Of a stretch of DNA of 64,000 nt, positions 11,451 to 22,996 are shown piece by piece. This DNA is from Vicugna vicugna. Its lineage: Eukaryota. The notes beneath the pieces are model-generated. The model did not search any database, was not told the origin of the DNA, and was given only the letters and a program-made list of their open reading frames with translations. A program made the position numbers and the translations under genes. How positions within the stretch are numbered: position 1 is the stretch's first letter; every line of letters starts with the position of its first letter. The stretch is taken from the NCBI GenBank assembly GCA_013265495.1, contig MU057887.1, forward strand, positions 3,009,576 through 3,073,575. The letters are read 5' to 3'.

Positions 11451-14400
11451 CACCGCCCGGGGCACTCTCGCGTGCGTTCCTCCTTTGGGGTCTGGAGCCT
11501 AAGGGCAGAGAAGAGAAGTCCCCATACTTCAGAGACTCAGGCTTCCTCACGGCCCCCTGGACGTAGGAAGGGGACCCGGGGGATGCCCTGCCACCCCTTA
11601 GCACCAGCCTGTTGCTGCAGCTCCTTCCCTTCCCCACCGGCTCCTGGCCTGGGTTTCTGATGAGAGATGTGGGAGTGAAAGGCAGATCGATGTGAGGGTC
11701 AGGGAACCCTGGGTTCCGTGCTAGACCCTTTGATTGAGACCATTGGTAGCAGGGCTGCTGGAATCTCCCAGCAGCGGGGGAACCACCAGCCCCGGCAGGG
11801 AAACCCACGACTGGTTCTCTCTCCCTCCCAGCCCTGCGATGAGGGGCTGGGCCAGTGTGTGGGAAGGGAGGGGGCCCGAGGGACGGCCAGCGTCGTCCAG
11901 CACAGGACTCTCCACCCTGCTGTCCTCTCACAGGCGGGGGCAGCTGCCCAGAGCCAGGCGTCCCCTCTCCAGCTCACAGATTTGTCACCTTGAAGACGAA
12001 ATAAATCAGGGGCAGTGCTGTCCAGCAGCTGCCCTGTGTCCTTCGCTGTGTGCCGAGCCGCTGGGACACGGGACAGAAGCCCAGGACCTCCAGGCGCTGC
12101 CTTCAAAGACAGAGGCTGTGCCTTCACACCGGACAGACTAAGCTTCCGTGAGCACATGCACGTCTGGGCTGGGGGCTGCTAGCCGAGGGCTGCTGGGGGG
12201 CTTCTCAGGGCGGACAGACAGCCTCGTCTCCGTCCTGGAGCCTGAGCCCGCTGGGAAGTGGGCTGTGAGAGCGGCAGAGGGACATCGCTGTCGGCTTTGT
12301 GGCCGCAGAGCCAACGGGAGAAATGGATTCAGGTCGCATCCTACTGGGCTGACAGCCCCCTGCCCCACCCGCCCCACCAGGCACAGCCCCACGTGGCGTG
12401 GAGGGAGACTTAGGTCCCCGCATCAGGCCACCTGTCCGCCACGCCTGGGGAACGGTCCCCCCAGAGCTGCAGCTGAAGTGACCGGTCCGGGGCCTGTCCC
12501 AGCAGGTCCCCACGCTCCCTAGGCCAGAGTGCAGGCTCGGGTCCAGCCCGAGGGGCCCGGCAGCGCGTCCGGCTGAGCCTTCCCACCAACCTCCCACCCC
12601 GCAACTCCTACAACAAAATGTTCTTTTTGGCCTAGAACATTTAGAAGATTTTTGCAAATGCAAATGCACTGCAGGGAAAATCATATCTCATTACAGACTC
12701 GCTGAACAACTGGGCTTCTCCCCCACAAAATGTAAATTAAGACTTGACAGCCAAATATTTCTTATCTGAAGAAGAAAAATGTCATCACAGAGGATCCTAT
12801 CCATGAGCTGCATGTGGCCAGGCCTAAGAAGATACCTCGGATTTGAAACAGGAGGACAGGTGAGGGGGAGGGGAAGGCAGGGGAGGGAGGGAGGAGTGCG
12901 GGTGGAGGTCGCCCAGGAAGAGCCCTGCCCGGGGTGCCCTCGTCCTGGAATGCACCTCCTTGGCCCCAAACACACCCGCACTGCAGTACTCACTCCTCCA
13001 GCCCTCGTGCAGAAAACACCTCTGGCCCACTCAGATCGTCTGTCTCCTCTTCGAGCAGCTTCAAACCTGCCTGAACAGATGTCAAGGCCTCTGCGCGTCT
13101 GTGACCCCCGCCAGGCTGGAGGCCAGCCTAGCGCCCAGACCTGCCCTCCCCCCTGCCGCCTTGTCTGCAGCCCCCGCAGCGCTTCTGCCCCCAGGACGGC
13201 GCTGGGAGGGGCGGCTGAGGCACCGTGAGGCTCCGGGCCCTGGCTTGGGTGGTTTTGCTTCCAGGTGGCTCAGAAAACCGAAATGCGCATAATTCACCCC
13301 TAACACCCCACACGCTAACCTTCGTTAGTGTCTTCATAATCCGCGCGCGGAGACGGCCACGCCCTCCATCTTAGGCTTCAGACTACGTATCTGAACATGT
13401 TTTGAGAGAAAGCATGAAATTGCTTCTTTTATTAGAACAATCAGACCCATTTATGAAGACACAGTGCTGAGGGGTTTCAGCCGAACCTTCCCCTCGTCCC
13501 CAGACGAACCACGTCCGCAGAATTGGCTGGTTGTCAACACCTGGCCATTCCTTCAGCAAATTCAAATCCCATTTTCCTCAGTAAGTCTATTTTGCTGTGA
13601 TTAGTAAATACAGAGAGGGGCCGGTCATTTTAAGCGCTTCTCCCCGTCTTTGCACAGGAATCGTAGGGAGAACATGGGCTGAAAGCAAGAGGGCTTTTCC
13701 TCTCCTTTAACATAAAGGGAGGCGAGAAGCAGAGAAATGTGACAAGGTCACGTGTCCTGCCGTTTCAGCAAGGACTTCAGTTTTGCTCCTAATCCCGCTG
13801 AGAATTAGCCACCGACGCCGCGTGCCTCAGCCAAGGGTAACCGGCCACACCCAGGTTCTCCTGGGAGCATCCGGGTGCCAGCCCAGGCAGGCAGGGCTCT
13901 CCAGTAGCAAGCTGAGCAAGGCAGCCCCGGGGACGTGCGCGCGGGCTGAGCTAGAAGCGAGGGCAGCGGGGCCTGCGGGCGTGCTCGCTGCGTGGGAGGC
14001 GGCGCAGGTTGGGGAAAGATGGACGCTTCTGGAAAGATGGCATGTTCCGTGTCCTTGCTCACCCACCCCAGGCTTCTTTGGAAAACTCCAAACCAGAAGC
14101 AGAGGGTGGAAGTTTAGCTGCAAGTACTTTGGATGAGGCTCTGGGCCAGGCAGTTCCCGCGGCCTCAGCCCCAGCCCTGTCTGCACACGGGTGGCCGCAT
14201 GTGAGGCAGGGTGTCCGGAGAGGAGGGTGGCCTCTGAGCCGAAGGCAACCTCTGAGATGACAATGTGCGGACTCAGCCTCTGGGGAGAACTCGGGGGCCC
14301 TGACTTGAGTCCCAGCGGCTGGTCTCCCAAGGGCGGAGTGGTTCTGACCCATCAGAACCCAGGACCGTGGGTTCCTGGTTCTCCTGAAGCTGTTTCCCTC

Positions 14401-15469
14401 TGGCTGTGCATGGGCTCTATTCTCTTGTCTTGGAGACTCTGCCCTGGGGCCTCAGGGCTGGGTGGCCTTGTCACAAATGCACAACCAAGGACAGGGAGAA
14501 GGGGAGCTCTGGCCCGGGGTGAAGTCACCTGGCACTGAGCAGTCGGGGCTCCCGCTGGTTCTCTAACCAGGAGGCCGGCCTGTGTGTCCCAGCAGCCACC
14601 GCCCGGACCTTCCCCGTGTCTGTGGTGGGGCCGCCGTCCCCGGCTACACATGGGTCCTGAACTTCCTGAAGCATCGCTCGCCTTCTGCTGAATCACGTCT
14701 GGGGGAGTGAGGGGACATGCGGGAGTACTGAGGCGCCCCAGGGGTGGGGAACACAGGGGGGGTCACAGCCTTCTCTACCCAGGAAGCACCCTGTGCATGC
14801 ACGACCTTATGATAGACCCACGGAGAGTGGGAGGAAGGGACGCAGTCCCCCACTAACCACCCATCTGCAAAGCTCGGTGCTCCTACCCACCTGGTGGCCC
14901 GTGCTGGGCTCCAGGGATGTGAGGCCAGTGGGCAGCATGACCCCTGCCCCGAGAGGCTGGTTCATAGGAGGACCCCAATGCGTATTTGCCCATGGAATGA
15001 GTGAATCCGGCTAGCCAGCGGCCAGCCCACAAGGGTCTACTGATTGCTGCTCTTACCTGCTCTGCTCAGGACCGCCTCCACGACCCAAGCGTAGCCAGAG
15101 CGAGAAGATGGATCACTCAGGTCAGTCACCAAAGGACCTGGAGGTCGTGGTGCCAACCTGCCACTGTTTGGGTGCTGAGAAAAGCTGGTCCCCGACTGAG
15201 GTCACCCCACACAGAGGGACATCGGCCTCAGGGGGTGCCTTGAGGAGCTGGTTGCCTTGGAGCCAGGCACAGCTAGGGGAGTGGCCGTGGCGTCTCTTAG
15301 GGCCCGGTCCTTCATCCAGGGGCTTCCCTCACAGGCCGGCACGCCCAAAGGGACAGAAACCAGCACCTCCCTCCTGCACGTTTGTTTGTTGTTTGTTTTT
15401 AGGGCTCAGACTGTTGATGGCTTTTCGGTCCATGCTCTAGGTTTTCCATTAGTTAGCGCCCTGTGCAAA

Positions 15470-16300
15470 GACGTAAAAGAAGATTGGTAAGACTCTTTTG
15501 GGGGAAAAAGATGTTTCTCCAGGGGACCAGAAAGCCCCCAAGGGCAGGAAAGAGCACGAGGAGAACCGCAGGCGACGCGGCACAGACGTGGCACAGGACG
15601 GCACCGCGGGGCTGGGCGCGGCGACCATGCCCTGGGAGGACCAGCTCCTCAAACGGGAACAAATAAAAGTCATCTGTAAGTTACATCCAAAAACATGAAA
15701 TGCCCAGTGGGGTAAAGACCTAATTTTGTAACTAATGTTTTCCGATGTTTAGGAGAAAACGTGGGGTCAGATCTTCACGACCGTCAAGACAGGTTAAAAA
15801 CGAAGACGCCCAGGAAGAAGGGGACACGACTGCCTCGTGCCAATACGCGGGACTGAGCTTCTGTGGAACGAGAGGCAGCGCTGCGAGAAGATGGGCCTCA
15901 GCCCGGGGGCGGCACGGCGGTGGCGCGGCTGGCGCCGGGTGGTGCTCAGAGCGCCCAAAGCCTCGCGGCGGAGGAGGTTAGACACAGACGACTGAATCGA
16001 GCCCCAGGTGAAGGACATGCGCAGACGTTTCACGGAAGGGGCAAAAAGGTAAAGGCCAACGACATTTGAAAAATTCTGAACTTGGTGGTAAGCAGAAAAA
16101 CAGAAAGTGAGGCAACATGACACGAAATCTCACCCTCTGGGTGCAGAAGTGCAAACAGCAGGGGCTGTGAGGGCGGCTGGGGGAGAGCATCCTCAGAGGG
16201 GACACTCACGAGGGCACCTGCCGACCACACGCACAGGCCAGTGTGCCCCGGAAGTCCTCTCCCAGCCTCGCGCCGGGGCACTGTGACCACTGAAGTCTGA
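15470..16300 (+). mobile_element. Degenerate L1M ORF2 3' fragment
   Basis: ggggtaaagacctaa...ttaggagaaaacgtgggg...atcttcacgac; acatttgaaaaattctgaac resemble late L1 ORF2; partly GC-shifted. Confidence 0.6.
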
Positions 16301-19300
16301 AGGCCAGAAGACCCAGGATGACGGGAGGACCATGGGCTCCCACTATTCTTCTGCCCCACCATTCTTTTTCAGTATCTTCTGGTCTCAAGATGCCTCATGT
16401 TCCAAGATGGCTGCTGATTCCCAGCAGTCTCATCCCCACTCCAGGCAAGAAGCAGGAGGAGGTGGAAGAAGATGGGAGACTGCAGGCCCTGCTCCACACT
16501 TCCCTCCCCAGAGGGCTGGAATGGTAGAGGGGCAGGAGGGGTTTCACGGACAGCTCTGTTTTTTTTCAAAAATCGTAATTAATACCAAATATGGGCAATT
16601 TAAAACTTTGTTACAGACAAGACTAACAAAGCAAGGTTTTACGGGATTTGCTCCCTGTGGTTTCATTTACGTTCGACTGGAACGGCTCCTAGGAAGAGAC
16701 AGGAATGAAGGAGGAGATGAATTTAATACATCGACTGCTGTTAACGATATGAAATGATTCATTGACTTGTAACAGTAATAACCAGCAACGGACCTGTTAG
16801 CATCCCCTCCCTCCTGCAAGGAAGTCAGAGCTGCCAGGAAGCCAGGAGGACCCCCCAGTGGAAGCCTGCAGCTCTGTGACTTGTGTGATGGTCTGTGCGG
16901 CCGCCTCCTCAGCCCAGCGTCTATCCCCCCCTTCCTCACCTTTTCTTATGGCCCTTTTCTCGTGCTTTTCCCACTCGAGAACAGTTTCCCCCATCCAGGT
17001 CATCTCAACATGACTTCAGTTACAGCCTGTCCACACACCTCTAGGTACCACACGGATCGTTGATGCTCTGCCTGCTTGGAGCCCGTCCACCGTGGATGTA
17101 AATAACCTGGTCTTTATGTACCTGCTTCCAGGTGGTCCTCCCGAGCACCTGGGCCAGGTGACCTCGACTCCAGTGCCCCTGGGAGCTCTGGTCACGTGCC
17201 GGGTCCACTCTCTCAGCTGAGAGCCTGTGCGGGCTGACCCTGGAGCAGGTGCACTTCAGGGTCGGCTCGCACCTGAGCTAGTACCTGGCACACACCTCCA
17301 CCTGAGACAGCTGGATACGGGTAGAAGACGCCACCAGGAATGTGGGGAGCAGGTCCCCACGGAGCCTGTCAGGGGAGAGAGAGACGGATGAATGCAGCTC
17401 CACGCACATTTCATTTCCTGACCATCCTAATGGGAATGATGGTTTAGAAAGCATTTCATGGCCCCCAAACAGAAGCACAGCCCCGTCCCTGGCCCGGGGT
17501 ACCCACAGTGTCCAGCACCTGCTTCCTCTCTCGCTGTTTATCCATTGTCTGTTTCTTTGTCCACCATGTTTTCTCCAGTCTGCTGACTGGCTGTTCATTA
17601 TGCATTTTTGCCAAAGAGGCTCATAATTTCTGACTCTTTAGATCGTTTCCAAATATGTCACTTAAAATGAGCTGCTGGCTTCTGAGCAGCCACGGGGAAA
17701 GCTCTATTTCAGGGGTGGGGGGAGGGAAGGGGGGCCCTGATGCTCCGAACCTGGCGCCACCAGCCTCAGGCCGGCCCATCGCCCCGTGATGCACCTGCTG
17801 CCCGTGTTGGAGTCGGGTGCCTCCCGGGGGCCTGCTGCCCGGGGGGTCGAGGCCGGCAGAGGAGGGGGATGGCATTCCAGGCCCAGGAGCCTTGAGAAGG
17901 ACCGTCCCCGGGAGCCCGTCTTGTTCCCAGAGCTCAGCACAGCGGATGCCCTGCGGGGGATGTGGAGGGACGTCAGCCGATGTGCCGGGTCCTGTTGGGC
18001 TGGTGGATCCGTGGCTCCAGGGCCGTGCAGAGACCCCCACCTCCCGGCTCCTCCATCGCACAGCAGGGAGGGAGGGGGCAGTGAACCGTGAGCTGACTGG
18101 CGGTGGCTGCCACCCCATGGGACCAGCTCGGCCGTGGGCGAGGGATCCCGACGCCAAGAAGTGAGAAAATTGGCAGCTGGCTGTAAAAAACTGCCAGCAA
18201 ATAAGGCACCTGCTGAATTAAGATGCAAAGCGTTCCTTCCAGCTCCCTGATAGCCACTGAACGGTGAAACTCCGGTCTTTCCATGGAAGAAATTGGCATT
18301 AATAAGATAAAACTGTATTTGGAATAGCTGACATTTTGATGAATGTGCCGGCAGGACTGGATGTGAGACTTGTGATGGATAATATTTGGGGTTGCCTGGG
18401 GTTGCGTTTAATTGTTCCTTCTCCGTTCTCAACTTCAGTTAAGTGAAATAGAAACCCTGGGTAATGTTGGAATTTACCTTTCGGGAGGCAGACGCAGGCC
18501 TTAATGATCAATCCGGGCTGACAGCTGCTCCACCCGTGGGAAGCAGGCGAGCTCAGAGCCGGTGGAGCTGCGCTCCACGCCCTGGGACCGCGTGCCCCCT
18601 GCAGGCAGGGACGCCGCCTCCCGGCCGGTCCCTCCTCCCCGGTGCTCAGCCAGGCGGGGCACCTGGGAGCGGAGGCTGAACGTCCGCACAGAAGTGAGCA
18701 CACTCAGCTGGAAGCCCCCTTGTCCCACCGTGAAAAGCCCGCAGGTGAGCTGACGTCTGGAGCCCCGCGGGGGAGCGTGGGCGTTAACAGAACAAGCTGA
18801 ATGGCGCTCCTGCCCTCAGATCTCCCTCAGGCTCAAGCTGGTGGCCTGAGCTGCCTTCACAGGCAGGTCTCTTCCATTCCTATGGATGCAGGTGCCCCGG
18901 GTGTGGGCTTCTGCCAGCCCGCAGCCTGGATTCGGGGCTCTGCCCCCAACAGGTGAGCACCCCCATCCTCTGCCCCAATCCTCCAGACAGACAGCGAGGG
19001 ACCCCTTCTCACTCCGGCTGGTCTTGCCCGCCAGGCTGCCATCGTGTGCTCATATGACCATGCACCAGGCCGCTTCATCCTGCTCCTTGCCTGGGTCCCC
19101 AGCTCCCAGCACAGTGGCCGGTAGAAGTCACCTTGCACCCGTGTGTCACATGCAGCAGAATCGCCTGTCTCTTTGTCTCTTGTCTTTGCCTAAACGTTGA
19201 ACTCTTGCAAGGAAAGCACCACACAGACACACGTATGTGTCCCCAGGTCTGAGCACCGTCTCCGCAGATCCTCGGAGGAGACAGCGAGGAAGGCCCGGAG

Positions 19301-19479
19301 CGCAGCCTCTGCGGGGGCCATGGTCTCCCAGTATAAGGCTGCCACCCCAGAGCCGGGCCAGGGGCCGGCCCACTGGGCCTCGGGCTCCCCCGCAATGCCA
19401 GGAACCAGCAGCCCTGGAGAGGAGGGCCGGGGAGCGGGCCGGGGACCTGGGGCCAGAGTGCAAGGACCCCAGTGACGGT

Positions 19480-20830
19480 TTGTCAAAGGTCCTTGGAGGA
19501 AGGGAAGTGAGACCTGAATCTTTGCAAAGGAATACTGGGTTATTGGATGGAAAGACAGAAGAAAGTAGAAAATACCAATTTCCACAGACTAATATAAACT
19601 CTAAGGTAATTCCAAATAGAATTCCACTGCATGTGCATATGCATGTGTGAGTGTGTCATTTGCATAAAATAATCTTAAGCTCATACAACAAAATACATGT
19701 CTCAAAGTCACCAAGAGAACTAGAAAAGAAGATCGACAAGGCTCTTGCTGGAGAGATCTGAAGTGTCAGGGATAAAAACTGCAGCAGACGCGTTGGGGGA
19801 CCGCTCGGGGCGGCGCCCAGGCCGGGCGCGCAGACGCAGCCCTTCCTCTCCGGGGAAGGGGACTTTGCAGGGAAGCATGCAGACTCTGCGCCCGTCTGTG
19901 CAGAAGCAAATGGGCTGGGCTTCCAGTTCATCTCCCACTCAGAGATAAGCAGCAGGTGCGGCACACATTAAACTATAACATAATACAGTCTTAGAAGAAA
20001 GTGAGTCTGCGTGTAACCTGTGGTTTCGGCAAATGTTTGTAATGAACATTGGCAACAGAGCAGCCATTAAAGAAAAAATCATAAAGAAACATATGTGGTT
20101 GCGTTTTAACAAACGTGTAGCGTGGTTTTCCAGCACAGAGCAGTCGGGGGGGGGTGACTGGCTGCGAGCCACAGAGAGCGTCTACAATCGAAATTTAAGA
20201 AGACAAGAGAAATTCAGGCAAAGTCCCAGATAGGCACTTACTAGAATGGTCCCAAATGATCAATTATGGTATGATAATTCACAAAGTCACAAGTAGCCAG
20301 AAAATGCGTATAATTCTAAGGAGACACCAGTTCTCGCCTCTCAGGCAAAAATCAAGAAGGTGACACCTCCTGGTGGGGACGTGGAGGAAAGACGATAGGT
20401 GTACAGTGCGGGGGTGTGAGCCATAACTGCTCTTTCGGGAAGCCATCTGGAAATATACATTGGAATTAAAAACATAGAACTGGGGACCCAGCCTTCCCAG
20501 CCTGAATACTCATGCGCAAGAGTGAGCGCCACTGTGAGCGAGGCCAGCGGCTGTGTGAGGACAGCAGGAGGCAGAAAAGTGGCCGCAGGACCCCAGATTC
20601 ATTGCACACTTGCAGCATCGCCCAAACCACGGACACAGAATGACGTGGGATGTGTGTGTTTCTGTGTGAGAGAGTGTGTGCTGAGATGCGCCCCGACGCC
20701 ACTGTCTCGAGGGTGCCTTAGTCCCAGGGCTGTCCTGCTCTGCCCCGACCGCTGAGCGCCCCGCAGGCGGAGCCCCCGTCTGCCTGGCTTTGGTCCCACT
20801 CTCATTTTGAAAGATCATTACTGTATCATT
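19480..20830 (+). mobile_element. Degenerate L1M ORF2 3' region and 3' end
   Basis: tggatggaaagac...ccaatttccacagactaatataaactctaaggtaattccaaatagaattcca; aaactataacataatacagtcttagaagaaa; gaagccatctggaaatatacattggaattaaaaac follow the order of L1 ORF2. Confidence 0.7.
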
Positions 20831-22865
20831 TGTAAAATTCAACCAAGAAAGACGCCGATGGAAGGCCGCGTCCTGGGAACCACTGAGAAACGTCACCCCG
20901 GCGTGTGGTCTGGGGGTGGGTGAGGGGGCTGACCTCACAGCCTGGTCTTGCTCTTTGCTTCCCCCAACAGCTCCCAACCTGACCCAGTGCTAAGACAAGC
21001 TGGGGGCAGGGGCGGGGGCTTGGAGGGACCCAGAGGTCTCCGTGAGGAAGGCGCCTGGTGGGGACAGGGAGTCGGGGTGTTCAGAGCACAGGCTCCCCTT
21101 TCCATGGCCCAGATTCAGGTTTCAGTGGGCAGGCCCCCAGCACGTGCAGCCCTGCTCTGTGCTGGGCTCTGTGTTTGGTGGGGACGCAGAGTGTGACTCA
21201 GAGATGCCTACAAGAGGCCACATTCTGGGCAGAATCAGAAGAGGGTGGGGGATCGGGGTGAGGGTGCAGGGAACTGAGAGGGGCCCCCTGGTGCTCTGGT
21301 GTGCCCAGTGCTCACGGCAGCTGGTCCCCTGTCTGGGTGTGAGAAGGGGAAGTGGGCCAGGGGGTCTCAGGGCTCTGCCCACTCGGTGCCCAGGGCCTCC
21401 AGAGCGGGAACTTTCTCGGCACCACCGCCCTGCTGCACAGTGCTTCACACTCACCTGTGTAGGTGATTGATCTGAGGGTCTCAGAGGTCAGGGCAGGATC
21501 CTGGGGGCTGAGAGAGGGACTGACTCTCCTTCCCAAAGCCCAGGTCACAGTCCAGGTCTGTGTCCCACGGGGCCACAGCCTCGAAGTGATGGCTGGAGAA
21601 GCTGGACTGGGACCAGACCTGCACGGACGGGCCGTGGGGGAGCCGACCTCGCCCCCAAGAGCCCTGGTTAGAGACCAGAGCGTCTCCGTCCCTGCCCTGC
21701 AGGGCGCCCGGCAGGTGGGCCGGGGACGGTGCGGGTGTGACCCCCAGCCCATCTGGGCACTTGGGTCTCAGCCTGCAGGGCACTCGGAAGCTGGAGGGGC
21801 TGTGGTGGAGTCGAAGGAGCCCTGGGTCAGATCCAGGACAGACGGACAGACCCTGCAGAGGATGTGCTGTGAGCCTGCTGCCAGGACACGGGGGTGGCCC
21901 AGGTTACAGAAGTAACAAGGCCCCGGGGGCTGCCAGCACGTCCTGTCCTTCACCGTCCATGACACTCCTCACCTTCCCACCATCTCTGTGCACTTATGTT
22001 TGCGGTCGTATTAATCTCCACGTGAGGAAAAGGAGGCTGGGAGAGTGGGCAGGGCCTGGCCTTCCTGTCACCTGCCATCCCCAAGGGGCTTCCAGGGCTG
22101 CACCCCAGCTCCACCCTGAGTGATGCCCCGGCTCCCTGCGAGACTTCAGAGGCCGCGAGCGGGGTTGGTGAAAGTAGGCGCCTCAGGCTCCGGCAGGGCC
22201 TGGGATGCGGCCGACCGGGCCAGGGCAGCAGGATGATGCGATCGGGGCGGAGGTGGCCCAGCAGAGCGCCAGAGCAGCCCAGATGGCGTCCAGAGGGCGG
22301 CCGGGAGCAGGTGCCACACGCCTTGGATGGTCCCCCTGACCATTTGTCCATGATTAACGGCTGGGTCGGAGCCCAGGAACTACCCCCTCCCTGGCCTGAG
22401 ACTGGCTGCACCTGCTCCACCGTCAGGGAGACCCAGGGCTCTGTGGTCTGTGCGCAGCCTGGACCCTGCTTCCCCTGCAATCAGCTCTATGGCCCCAAAC
22501 CACTGAATGCTCCCCAGATGCCCTGGGGGGGTGCAGGCGTCCCCTGGGGTGGGGCAAGGGCAACGGGACGGCAGCACCAGGGTGCGAGCGCTGTTCAGGG
22601 ATTCCCGTGCTTGGGCCGCACATCCACATGGCTTCCTGCACTAATTTCACTCTGCAAACCCAGGCCTGGGCCTGCAGCTGCCTGAGAGGAGGAAGCAGCT
22701 CGCCTGACATGCCTGTGGAGGCTGGAGTAGGTGGTCTCAGTGTGAGAAGCCCTGTGCTGCTTGTGGGGTACCCTCACCGATCTACCCGGCAGTCGTCAGG
22801 AAGGGGTTATGAGGGTTAGAGGAAGTGGTGGGGTAACGCACAGGACAGCTTCTCGGGAAATGTAG

Positions 22866-22996
22866 CTTCATCATTATCACCATCATCATCACAACCATTA
22901 TCACCACGATCATCACCATCATCACCATCATCACCATCCTCACCGCCAAGAGCTTCACCTTCATTGTCACTCTCACCACCATCATTTTATCATTAC
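22866..22996. repeat. (CAT/CAC)n degenerate trinucleotide repeat
   Basis: tcatcattatcaccatcatcatcacaaccattatcaccacgatcatcaccatcatcaccatc... seen directly. Confidence 0.9.

Noticed and set aside
22782-22985. Met/Val-rich hydrophobic ORF
   Set aside because: Translation of the (CAT/CAC)n repeat on the minus strand.
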